Shown here piece by piece: positions 1 through 6,331 of a stretch of 64,000 nucleotides of DNA. A program made the translations under genes and the position numbers. Every line of letters starts with the position of its first letter. The stretch's first letter is position 1. Below the pieces are notes generated by a model, which had not been told where the DNA came from, did no database searches, and saw only the letters and a program-made list of their open reading frames with translations. Source of the DNA: a virus; IMG/VR virus record IMGVR_UViG_3300047564_005910, positions 1 through 64,000 of that record. One strand, written 5' to 3'.

Positions 1-652
1 ATTTAAAATTTACAGTGATACTGGGTATATTAATGAACCTGAGCTGCAAACCATGCAGAGTGATTATCAAAAAGAAAAAAGCGTGTGGGTAAAAGAAGCC
101 CAGCAAGTAGTTAAGCAGTTTACAAGACAAATTAGAGATACATTTTTAAAGAATATTTTTAAAAAAAGAACAGTGAAAGGGGCACCTCAAAGAAAAATCG
201 ATTACGCTATTAGTACACAAAAAGATGTTCGAGATATTGCGGCTGCTGGTAGTCTTCTTAGAGCTTTAGAAGAATTTTATTTTACTGATTTCGGTTTAAC
301 AGCCGAACAAAAAGCACAAGCATTAACAGTTATAGTAAACAAAAATTATCGAGAAGTTGCAGAAAGATTTAAACCCGAAATAGTAAAATTTTTTAGTGAT
401 TACGAAACAGACTTTAAAAGGGGTTCAGATATTACTTTAAAAGCGGCTGTATTTGCTATGCAAGTATCTGTATATGCATATCAACATTTTAAATATCTTT
501 TTTTAATTAGTAAAGCTACAAAACGGTCAATAGGTCTAAATGCAGAATCGTTTTACAATTTAGCATTAAGATATATTAAAGACTCTCAAGAAGTAGGATT
601 TTCTATTGAAATGGCTGCTGATGAACGAGGAGGCTCACAATTAAATTTTTAA
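1..652 (+). CDS. hypothetical protein (5' truncated)
   Basis: Frame is open from position 2 to the stop at 652; no recognisable motif. Confidence 0.6.
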   Translation, partial: FKIYSDTGYINEPELQTMQSDYQKEKSVWVKEAQQVVKQFTRQIRDTFLKNIFKKRTVKGAPQRKIDYAISTQKDVRDIAAAGSLLRALEEFYFTDFGLTAEQKAQALTVIVNKNYREVAERFKPEIVKFFSDYETDFKRGSDITLKAAVFAMQVSVYAYQHFKYLFLISKATKRSIGLNAESFYNLALRYIKDSQEVGFSIEMAADERGGSQLNF

Positions 653-653
653 T

Positions 654-1199
654 ATGTCTTTTAAGCAGTATTTTGAAGAAAAAAAGTCTATTCATGACCC
701 TGTTCGTCCTGGCATTTTAAAACGTCAGGTAAAAGGTAAAATGACATGCACAAAAGCTAGGTCTTTAAAATCTAAGCAAAAAAATAAAGGTAACAATACA
801 GCTAAAGCTGCACAACGCTATCTCAATTACCACTGTAATGAGCAACAAATACAACAGCCTCAGCAAACACAATCTAAACTTAATCAATTACAAGCAGCAT
901 TAGACGTCGCAGGGTTTGAACCATCTATCGGTACAGGGGCCGATGCAACAAATACAGTTATATCAGGTCTTAGAGCGGCTCTAGCTAAAGAACCCGATGA
1001 GCGTAAAAAACACCTTATAAATGCCGGTATTTCAGCTATATCATTAGTTCCATTTGCAGATGTAATAAAACTTTTAAAAGTACGTAAGTTAGGGAAACCG
1101 GCTACTCAGTTAGCTACCCAAGGAGCTAGAAACGTAAAGACTTGGGGCAAACAACAGCAAACAACAGATCGCTTTAATACAAACACAGCAGTAGCATAA
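654..1199 (+). CDS. putative head-packaged protein with pre-toxin TG-like helical segment
   Basis: N-term MSFKQYFEE resembles T4 capsid-targeting leaders; LDVAGFEPSIGTGADATN...AGISAISLVPFAD resembles PT-TG-type segments. Confidence 0.45.
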   Translation: MSFKQYFEEKKSIHDPVRPGILKRQVKGKMTCTKARSLKSKQKNKGNNTAKAAQRYLNYHCNEQQIQQPQQTQSKLNQLQAALDVAGFEPSIGTGADATNTVISGLRAALAKEPDERKKHLINAGISAISLVPFADVIKLLKVRKLGKPATQLATQGARNVKTWGKQQQTTDRFNTNTAVA

Positions 1200-1207
1200 A
1201 TATTGTT

Positions 1208-1546
1208 GTGACAGCCTTCGAATATAACGAAGATCTGAAAGAGTGCTGCATATTATTTGGAGCATCCCACGCTGTTACTATATTTTTTAAGAACGGTGTA
1301 CCTATTATGCCTGAACCGTTTTATGAAACGGTTATTTTTATACCATCTGATATAAAACGTACCACTATAGCGGTAATCATTAAAACAATAAAATTCTACC
1401 TCGAAAAATTAGAAAGAAACAAGATGTTTTGTGCTGATATAATAGTGGACTTTAAACGAAAATCCCCAACTATTATTACTTACACAGTTTTTGTAAAAGA
1501 AAAACAGTTTACAAAAAACAAACTAAAATATCTTAACGTCTCTTAA
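1208..1546 (+). CDS. hypothetical protein
   Basis: GTG start preceded by TAAATA; 112 aa. Confidence 0.55.
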   Translation: MTAFEYNEDLKECCILFGASHAVTIFFKNGVPIMPEPFYETVIFIPSDIKRTTIAVIIKTIKFYLEKLERNKMFCADIIVDFKRKSPTIITYTVFVKEKQFTKNKLKYLNVS

Positions 1547-1760
1547 GGTAATTAGCGATACCTATTAGAGTAGGAGCCCATAACCCAACAAATAATGCTA
1601 ATCTTTGATTGTGGGCAGATTCTAAATCTGTGCTACCACCAAATAAAAGCATAATCGTTAAAGAAAAAAATACTGATAGTACACCGAATGTAAAGCATAC
1701 TTTTTCAAGTATATATAAAGAGTTTTTTGGGTCTAATAAAAAACGGATCTTTTGTTTCAT
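1533..1760 (-). CDS. small two-TM membrane protein
   Basis: Two hydrophobic helices; LALFVGLWAPTL; overlaps the stop of the upstream gene. Confidence 0.6.
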   Translation of the reverse strand: MKQKIRFLLDPKNSLYILEKVCFTFGVLSVFFSLTIMLLFGGSTDLESAHNQRLALFVGLWAPTLIGIANYLKRR

Positions 1761-2380
1761 TCTATATAACCGGCCATTATTCCGGCTTCTCGTTTTAAAT
1801 TTTCAAGTTCTTGATTGTTTAATTTTATGATGTCATGTATGGAGTCTAGACACATAATACCTACTATATTGTCTTGTATATCTAACATAGATAAAGCAAG
1901 AAAACTCTTTATACCTCGGGATTCGAAAAACCCTTGTAGAGATGAACTACCTGCATCCCCTGTTACGGTAGTATCTAATATTTGAAACATACCCTTATCT
2001 GCTATCTCTCTAAAAAGAGTAACAAAAAGAGACGTCGGTAAATTTTGAGTGTTGGAACCTTCATTAGATACTCCCTTTTTAGTTGTTTCATAAACAAGAG
2101 AAAATTTTTGTAAACTTTTACCTGTAAAAGTATGTGAACCGTTATGAAAAATTGCAACCCATACTCTATCAACGTTATATTTTTTGCGTATTTTTTCTAA
2201 TCTATCAACTATAATACCTTCTTGGTGTAGCTTTTCAATAATTGTTGGTTCTTTTTTTTCTGGGTATCTTGCTCGGTTTAACAAATATTTCATTAACTGC
2301 AACAAAACCGGCGCCACAACACTTGTTATTACGGCTACCAAAATTAAAGTAAAATGATACGAATCTAAACTATCTGGCAT
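1757..2380 (-). CDS. single-TM protein with GAF-like C-terminal domain (T4 holin T-like architecture)
   Basis: N-terminal TM helix, then RVWVAIFHNG...FSLVYE...GIKSFLALSM...IVGIMCLD GAF-like pattern. Confidence 0.55.
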   Translation of the reverse strand: MPDSLDSYHFTLILVAVITSVVAPVLLQLMKYLLNRARYPEKKEPTIIEKLHQEGIIVDRLEKIRKKYNVDRVWVAIFHNGSHTFTGKSLQKFSLVYETTKKGVSNEGSNTQNLPTSLFVTLFREIADKGMFQILDTTVTGDAGSSSLQGFFESRGIKSFLALSMLDIQDNIVGIMCLDSIHDIIKLNNQELENLKREAGIMAGYIE

Positions 2381-2443
2381 ACCAATATTTATTTAAAGTT
2401 GTTGTTGTCAGTAATATTTAAGCAAAAAGAAGTTATAAAGTGC

Positions 2444-2473
2444 TTGCATTTTTAAATAGTTCAGCTATAAATA
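2444..2473 (+). promoter_or_regulatory. promoter of the tRNA array (TTGCAT-16-TATAAA; also a perfect T4-late TATAAATA)
   Basis: ttgcat 2444-2449, tataaata 2466-2473. Confidence 0.6.
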
Positions 2474-2488
2474 ATAGTACATTCATAA

Positions 2489-2563
2489 ATGAAACATACA
2501 GATACACGTTCAATTGTGGTAAGCCCATGTCTCTTTGGGACCTGGACACCTTACTCTTTTTAA
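2489..2563 (+). CDS. putative leader peptide MKHTDTRSIVVSPCLFGTWTPYSF
   Basis: 24-codon ORF directly after the promoter; its stop overlaps the first arm of alternative hairpins. Confidence 0.55.
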   Translation: MKHTDTRSIVVSPCLFGTWTPYSF

Positions 2564-2626
2564 GCGGGTATTTTAAATTTTTTACTTGATATACCCGCTG
2601 AACTCAATAAAATGAGCAGCGGGTTT
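2563..2626 (+). promoter_or_regulatory. attenuator-like mutually exclusive hairpins
   Basis: A agcgggtat 2563-2571 and C cagcgggt 2617-2624 both complement B atacccgctg 2591-2600. Confidence 0.6.
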
Positions 2627-2725
2627 AAAATTCTAGAGGTTTGTTGGAAGATGTACCTGAAACATCGAAAGAACCACCGTGAATCCGTGGGTGACGTTAG
2701 TCAGAGGTGTAGGTTCATAAAAAAA

Positions 2726-2796
2726 GCGGATGTGATGTAATGGTAGCCTGGAACCTTGCCAAGGTTCTCGCGAGGGTTCGATTCCCTCTATCCGCT
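2726..2796 (+). tRNA. tRNA-Gly(GCC)
   Basis: Cloverleaf; anticodon loop ttgccaa; TTCGA T-loop. Confidence 0.92.
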
Positions 2797-2808
2797 CATT
2801 AATTTCAT

Positions 2809-2888
2809 GCCAGTGTGGCTCAGCGGCGACAGCACCGCTTTTGTAAAGCGGTATACAAACAACGGGGGTTCGAGTCCCTCCACTGGCT
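2809..2888 (+). tRNA. tRNA-Thr(TGT), enlarged variable loop
   Basis: gccagtg/cactggc acceptor; loop tttgtaa. Confidence 0.9.
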
Positions 2889-2897
2889 CTTTTTAAT

Positions 2898-2974
2898 GCA
2901 CCAGAAGCTAAAGTCGTCAAAGCGTCGGTCTGCAAAACCTTCATTAGTCAGTGCGAGTCTGACCTGGTGCTCCA
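2898..2974 (+). tRNA. tRNA-Cys(GCA)
   Basis: gcaccag/ctggtgc acceptor; loop ctgcaaa; U73 plus encoded CCA; atypical T-loop TGCGAGT. Confidence 0.85.
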
Positions 2975-3011
2975 TTTAAACGGACCTGGCTGCAGCAAAT
3001 AAACCAGGTCC

Positions 3012-3196
3012 AGGTAAGATAGTCGTTGCCTGTTAGTGTGTTAGGGCTACTTACTGTTGCTGGACGAGTTAGGCTGCATAAAGCATTGACTCCAAGCATT
3101 TAGATTAACACAGGCTAGACGGATGATTCCGGGCTCCATGCCCGGTCTCGTTGAGGAAGGGACAATTCCTAGGACAAAACCCTTCACATACTACCT
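3012..3196 (+). ncRNA. minimal RNase P-like RNA (candidate)
   Basis: P1 aggta/tacct; P2-like agtcgtt/gatgatt; ctagacggatgatt (CR-IV-like); acaaaacccttcac (CR-V-like) pairing with gtgttaggg (P4-like with bulged U). Confidence 0.5.
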
Positions 3197-3228
3197 TAAC
3201 TTTTTAAAAACTCTTCTTAAATAACAGT

Positions 3229-3438
3229 ATGAACGTTGTTAATATTATATTAACAATAATCGCGCTATTTACAGGCACGGTTATCGGGGTAGCTCTGTTT
3301 AATTTCTTAATAAAATTTTATCTAAAGCACAAAAAAACGAAACTACCATCAGGTATTATTTGTAATAGACGTCATAGAGATCGTCGTTCTTTATTAAGAA
3401 GAAAAGTTGATTTGATTAAACAATTTTTATCGAAATAA
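3229..3438 (+). CDS. small membrane protein with basic tail
   Basis: N-terminal TM helix; TAAATA upstream. Confidence 0.55.
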   Translation: MNVVNIILTIIALFTGTVIGVALFNFLIKFYLKHKKTKLPSGIICNRRHRDRRSLLRRKVDLIKQFLSK

Positions 3439-3444
3439 TATTCA

Positions 3445-3518
<74 letters not shown>

Positions 3519-3527
3519 TACTTTAAT

Positions 3528-3603
3528 GTTGCTCGTGGTGTAACGGTTAGCATTACAGATTGTGATTCTGTTAGAGAGGGTTCGAGTCCCTTCGAGCAAC
3601 CCA
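3528..3603 (+). tRNA. tRNA-His(GTG)
   Basis: 8-bp acceptor with G-1:C73; loop ttgtgat; encoded CCA. Confidence 0.92.
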
Positions 3604-3704
3604 AATTTGGGCTAATCTTATAAATGGAGCCGACATTCCTTACTATTACGTAGGGTTAAGATTATTCCTGGGACGTCGCGGGTAAACCTGTCCCACTTTT
3701 TTTC

Positions 3705-3776
3705 GGGGAATTAGTTAAGTGGCTATAACTCCTGATTTGCATTCAGGTGTCACCGGTTCGACTCCGGTATTCTCCA
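3705..3776 (+). tRNA. tRNA-Ala(TGC)
   Basis: G3:U70 acceptor; loop tttgcat. Confidence 0.92.
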
Positions 3777-3784
3777 TATTTTTA

Positions 3785-3866
3785 GCTCTAGTGGTGAAAT
3801 TGGCAGACACGACAGACTTAGGATCTGTTGCTTTACGGCATGGGGGTTCGAGTCCCTCCTGGAGCA
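3785..3866 (+). tRNA. tRNA-Leu(TAG)
   Basis: Class II variable arm; loop cttagga; A73. Confidence 0.92.
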
Positions 3867-3873
3867 CATTTTA

Positions 3874-3960
3874 GGAAGTGTGGCCGAGCGGTTTAAGGCA
3901 GAAGTTTACTAAACTTCCGAGGTATCCACTCCTCCGTGGGTTCGAATCCCACTGCTTCCG
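3874..3960 (+). tRNA. tRNA-Ser(ACT), A34 anticodon
   Basis: gaagt-ttactaa-acttc anticodon arm; long variable arm; G73. Confidence 0.88.
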
Positions 3961-3976
3961 TTTTACAAAATTTTAT

Positions 3977-4067
3977 GGGCAGATGGCTGAGCTGGTCTAA
4001 GGCGTCCGACTTGAAATCGGAAGTGGTTTTATCGCCACCGTGGGTTCGAATCCTACTCTGCCCGCCA
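3977..4067 (+). tRNA. tRNA-Ser(TGA)
   Basis: Loop cttgaaa; long variable arm; G73 plus CCA. Confidence 0.93.
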
Positions 4068-4086
4068 TTTTAATATAAATACCTTT

Positions 4087-4314
4087 ATGACATTCAAAAC
4101 ATACTTTACAGAGCAATTATCTAAAGGCATGTCTTTAGAGGATATTGCTAAAAAACATAATGTTGACGTAGCTGAACTTCAGAATGAATTAGAAAAAGGT
4201 ACTAAAGTTGAGCACGAACACACTAATTCTGAAGAACATGCTAAAAGAGTAGCTATGGATCATTTAGTTGAAGATCCAAAATACTATACAAAACTTTCAA
4301 AAGCTGGTCTTTAA
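4087..4314 (+). CDS. DUF5661-like small phage protein
   Basis: GTKVEHEHT...VAMDHLVEDPKYYTKL motif; MTFKTYFTE leader. Confidence 0.7.
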   Translation: MTFKTYFTEQLSKGMSLEDIAKKHNVDVAELQNELEKGTKVEHEHTNSEEHAKRVAMDHLVEDPKYYTKLSKAGL

Positions 4315-4315
4315 T

Positions 4316-4388
4316 TGCGGGATAGAATTCCGGTGAGTTCAGGTGTCTCATAAGCATCTCTAGGTGGGTTCGACCCCCACTCCCGCTA
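4316..4388 (+). tRNA. tRNA-Met(CAT), probably initiator-like (1:72 mismatch)
   Basis: Loop ctcataa; U1xU72; lacks the three G-C pairs in the anticodon stem. Confidence 0.8.
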
Positions 4389-4396
4389 CTTTTAAC

Positions 4397-4471
4397 ACGT
4401 TGGTGGCAGACAAGCAATGCAGCAGTCTCCAAAACTGCCTTATGTGGGCGCGATACCCACCCAACGTGCCA
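4397..4471 (+). tRNA. tRNA-Trp(CCA)
   Basis: acgttgg/ccaacgt acceptor; loop ctccaaa; G73 plus CCA; atypical T-loop CGCGATA. Confidence 0.85.
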
Positions 4472-4475
4472 TTTT

Positions 4476-4549
4476 GCGGTGGTAGTATAATAGTAGTACA
4501 GTAGTCTTCCAAACTTCGGGCCTCGGAGCGTAACCGTGTCACCGCACCA
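4476..4549 (+). tRNA. tRNA-Gly(TCC)
   Basis: gcggtgg/tcaccgc acceptor; loop cttccaa; CCA; atypical T-loop AGCGTAA. Confidence 0.8.
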
Positions 4550-4553
4550 TTTT

Positions 4554-4627
4554 GGAGTTGTAGCTCAATCGGTCAGAGCACTGCCCTGTCACGGCAGGGG
4601 TTGCGGGTTCGAGTCCCGTCGACTCCG
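4554..4627 (+). tRNA. tRNA-Asp(GTC)
   Basis: Canonical cloverleaf; loop ctgtcac; G73. Confidence 0.94.
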
Positions 4628-4632
4628 TATTC

Positions 4633-4706
4633 AGAGGTGTAGCTCAACTGGTTAGAGCACCGCTTTGATAAGGCGGGGGTTGTAGGTTCAAGTCCTACCA
4701 TCTCTA
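4633..4706 (+). tRNA. tRNA-Ile(GAT)
   Basis: Canonical cloverleaf; loop ttgataa. Confidence 0.93.
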
Positions 4707-4712
4707 TTTTTT

Positions 4713-4785
4713 GGATCCTTAGTGAAATGGATTATCACTTAACGCTACGGACGTTACATTCTAGGTTCGAATCCTGGAGGATCCA
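4713..4785 (+). tRNA. tRNA-Arg(ACG)
   Basis: ggatcct/aggatcc acceptor; loop ctacgga. Confidence 0.92.
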
Positions 4786-4796
4786 TAAATAATATT

Positions 4797-5201
4797 ATGA
4801 AATGGTGGCCTACTTTATTACTGGCCATTGCTGCTTTTTTCTTTTTTGACACTTATTCATTAAAAGTACCAAAAAAATATGAAATGCTCGATGATGGTTG
4901 TTTAGTACAATCGCTATATTTTCAACAAGTAATACAAGCTAAACAAATGCTTGAGTTTAATATGTGGTCTCGGGTGTTGTGTATACACTTTTACGGTATG
5001 ATAGAGGGTCACGCTGTAACTGCTTTTGTTTATAAAAATATAACATGGGTATACGACCCTAACCGTGGCTCTTTTCCGGTAGCTCATTTCTCTTTATACG
5101 ACCCTTTAATGATTGCTGAATTAGCATTTCCAAAATTATCTATAAAAAAGGCTTATTACATAGAACCTACAATGCTTTTACATTATCAAAAAAATTTTTA
5201 A
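4797..5201 (+). CDS. exported/membrane-anchored transglutaminase/papain-like fold protein
   Basis: Hydrophobic N-terminus; DGC...GHAV...WVYDPN Cys-His-Asp spacing. Confidence 0.45.
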   Translation: MKWWPTLLLAIAAFFFFDTYSLKVPKKYEMLDDGCLVQSLYFQQVIQAKQMLEFNMWSRVLCIHFYGMIEGHAVTAFVYKNITWVYDPNRGSFPVAHFSLYDPLMIAELAFPKLSIKKAYYIEPTMLLHYQKNF

Positions 5202-5249
5202 AAAATACTATTTTTTGTTAAAAAACAACACCTTTGAGAATAAATATAT

Positions 5250-5283
5250 ATGAACGCAAAAACGTTCATGATCTTTAAAAATT
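5250..5283 (+). promoter_or_regulatory. boxB-like hairpin plus boxA-like element after a TAAATA promoter
   Basis: taaata 5241-5246; atgaacg-caaaaa-cgttcat hairpin; tgatctttaaaaat resembles rrn boxA. Confidence 0.35.
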
Positions 5284-5318
5284 AAAAAAGGACGTTTCAG
5301 TGGTGCTCAGGATCGGTG

Positions 5319-5399
5319 AGTTCAGTGCGGCTAGGACGAGGTGCTAGCGACATAAGTAACCACCATGCATTTATTATGGTTCGAATCCATACTGGATTT
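5319..5399 (+). ncRNA. tRNA-like RNA with 11-nt anticodon-position loop
   Basis: Acceptor agttcag/ctggatt; D-like arm gctag/ctagc; ataagt/atttat arm; perfect T-arm tatgg-ttcgaat-ccata. Confidence 0.55.
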
Positions 5400-5475
5400 T
5401 CAGACAAAGAAAAAACAACGGTACCCAGGAGGCACATTTGCATTCCTGGGTACCACTAAAGCGACTTTTTTTTAT

Positions 5476-5504
5476 AACCGCAACAATAGTTGCGGTTTTT
5501 TTTT
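5476..5504 (+). terminator. intrinsic terminator
   Basis: aaccgcaac-aata-gttgcggtt followed by a T run. Confidence 0.85.
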
Positions 5505-5536
5505 GCATTTTTTCCGAGTTCCTTTATACTTTAATA

Positions 5537-5800
5537 ATGATTTTAGCAAAAGAAATAGCAGGTATCATAATGATGCTGTGTTTTATGTTTTGTTACATAC
5601 CACAGATTGTTAAAATCTTTCAGAATAAATCATCAAAGGATGTTTCCTTAGCCTTAATTCTTATGTCTATTGGAGGATATATATCTGGTATGGTTTATAT
5701 GTTTTTAGGTACGTTTGGACTTTGGTGGTTCTTAAATTATTGTGTCGGGCTTATTATGTGCTCGATTCTTGTATACGCCTGGTTTAAGTATAATAAGTAA
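5537..5800 (+). CDS. PQ-loop / SemiSWEET-type 3-TM transporter
   Basis: YIPQIVKIFQNKSSKDVSL PQ-loop motif and three TM helices; start reassigned to ATG 5537, downstream of the terminator. Confidence 0.8.
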   Translation: MILAKEIAGIIMMLCFMFCYIPQIVKIFQNKSSKDVSLALILMSIGGYISGMVYMFLGTFGLWWFLNYCVGLIMCSILVYAWFKYNK

Positions 5801-5801
5801 C

Positions 5802-5876
5802 GCGCGGTTAGCTTAGCGGTAGAGCAGGTCCTTTACACGGACAAGGTCGGGGGTTCAATCCCCTCACCGCGCACCA
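5802..5876 (+). tRNA. tRNA-Val(TAC)
   Basis: gcgcggt/accgcgc acceptor; loop tttacac; CCA. Confidence 0.93.
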
Positions 5877-5881
5877 CTTTT

Positions 5882-6283
5882 ATGAAAAAAGTAATGACAG
5901 TTGATTTCGATGACACTTTAGCCGCTACAATTACTAGTGGTTGGGGAGGTACATCTTTAAAACCTATACCTCGTATTATGAACTTTGTATTCGATAAAGT
6001 TCGTTCTGGGGAATGGGAGGCCCATATCGTTTCCTTTCGTTCTGATAAGGATAAACAAGAGGTAATAGACTTTGTAAAGGGCTACAAATTACCGATTAAA
6101 ACAATAATTTGTACTAACTCTAAGAATAAAACACCGTTCTTAAAGAGTTTAAACTCAAGTCTCCATATAGATGACGATGTTTCAGCATGTACTTTAGCGT
6201 TTATGGCAGGAATTGAGTGTTTATTAGTAGATCACGGCCAAGGAGATACAAATTCTATGGCTAATTTATTCCCGAAAATCTGA
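5882..6283 (+). CDS. HAD-superfamily phosphatase-like protein
   Basis: DFDDT motif I, HIVS motif II, K, HIDDD motif IV. Confidence 0.75.
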   Translation: MKKVMTVDFDDTLAATITSGWGGTSLKPIPRIMNFVFDKVRSGEWEAHIVSFRSDKDKQEVIDFVKGYKLPIKTIICTNSKNKTPFLKSLNSSLHIDDDVSACTLAFMAGIECLLVDHGQGDTNSMANLFPKI

Positions 6284-6291
6284 CTTTCTTC

Positions 6292-6326
6292 TTGCAGTTC
6301 AGTTTGAATTCCGTATAATTGGAGGT
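6292..6326 (+). promoter_or_regulatory. sigma70-type early promoter and SD
   Basis: TTGCAG-16-TATAAT (6292-6319); GGAGGT 6321-6326. Confidence 0.7.
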
Positions 6327-6331
6327 GCAAT

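Noticed and set aside
2655-2672. Hammerhead ribozyme (ctga...cgaaa)
   Set aside because: Lacks the CUGANGA core and the required flanking helices
2633-2944. 103-aa ORF on the - strand (also 4360-4542)
   Set aside because: Antisense shadows of tRNA genes
5250-5285. Second leader peptide MNAKTFMIFKN
   Set aside because: Its start is sequestered in a hairpin and the sequence is better explained as boxB/boxA-like RNA; not excluded, but unsupported
5290-5465. tmRNA (one- or two-piece)
   Set aside because: No G3:U70 Ala acceptor, no CCA and no tag reading frame
5365-5613. 82-aa ORF and the 5438 start of the PQ-loop gene
   Set aside because: Both run through the structured RNA and a strong terminator; ATG 5537 fits better
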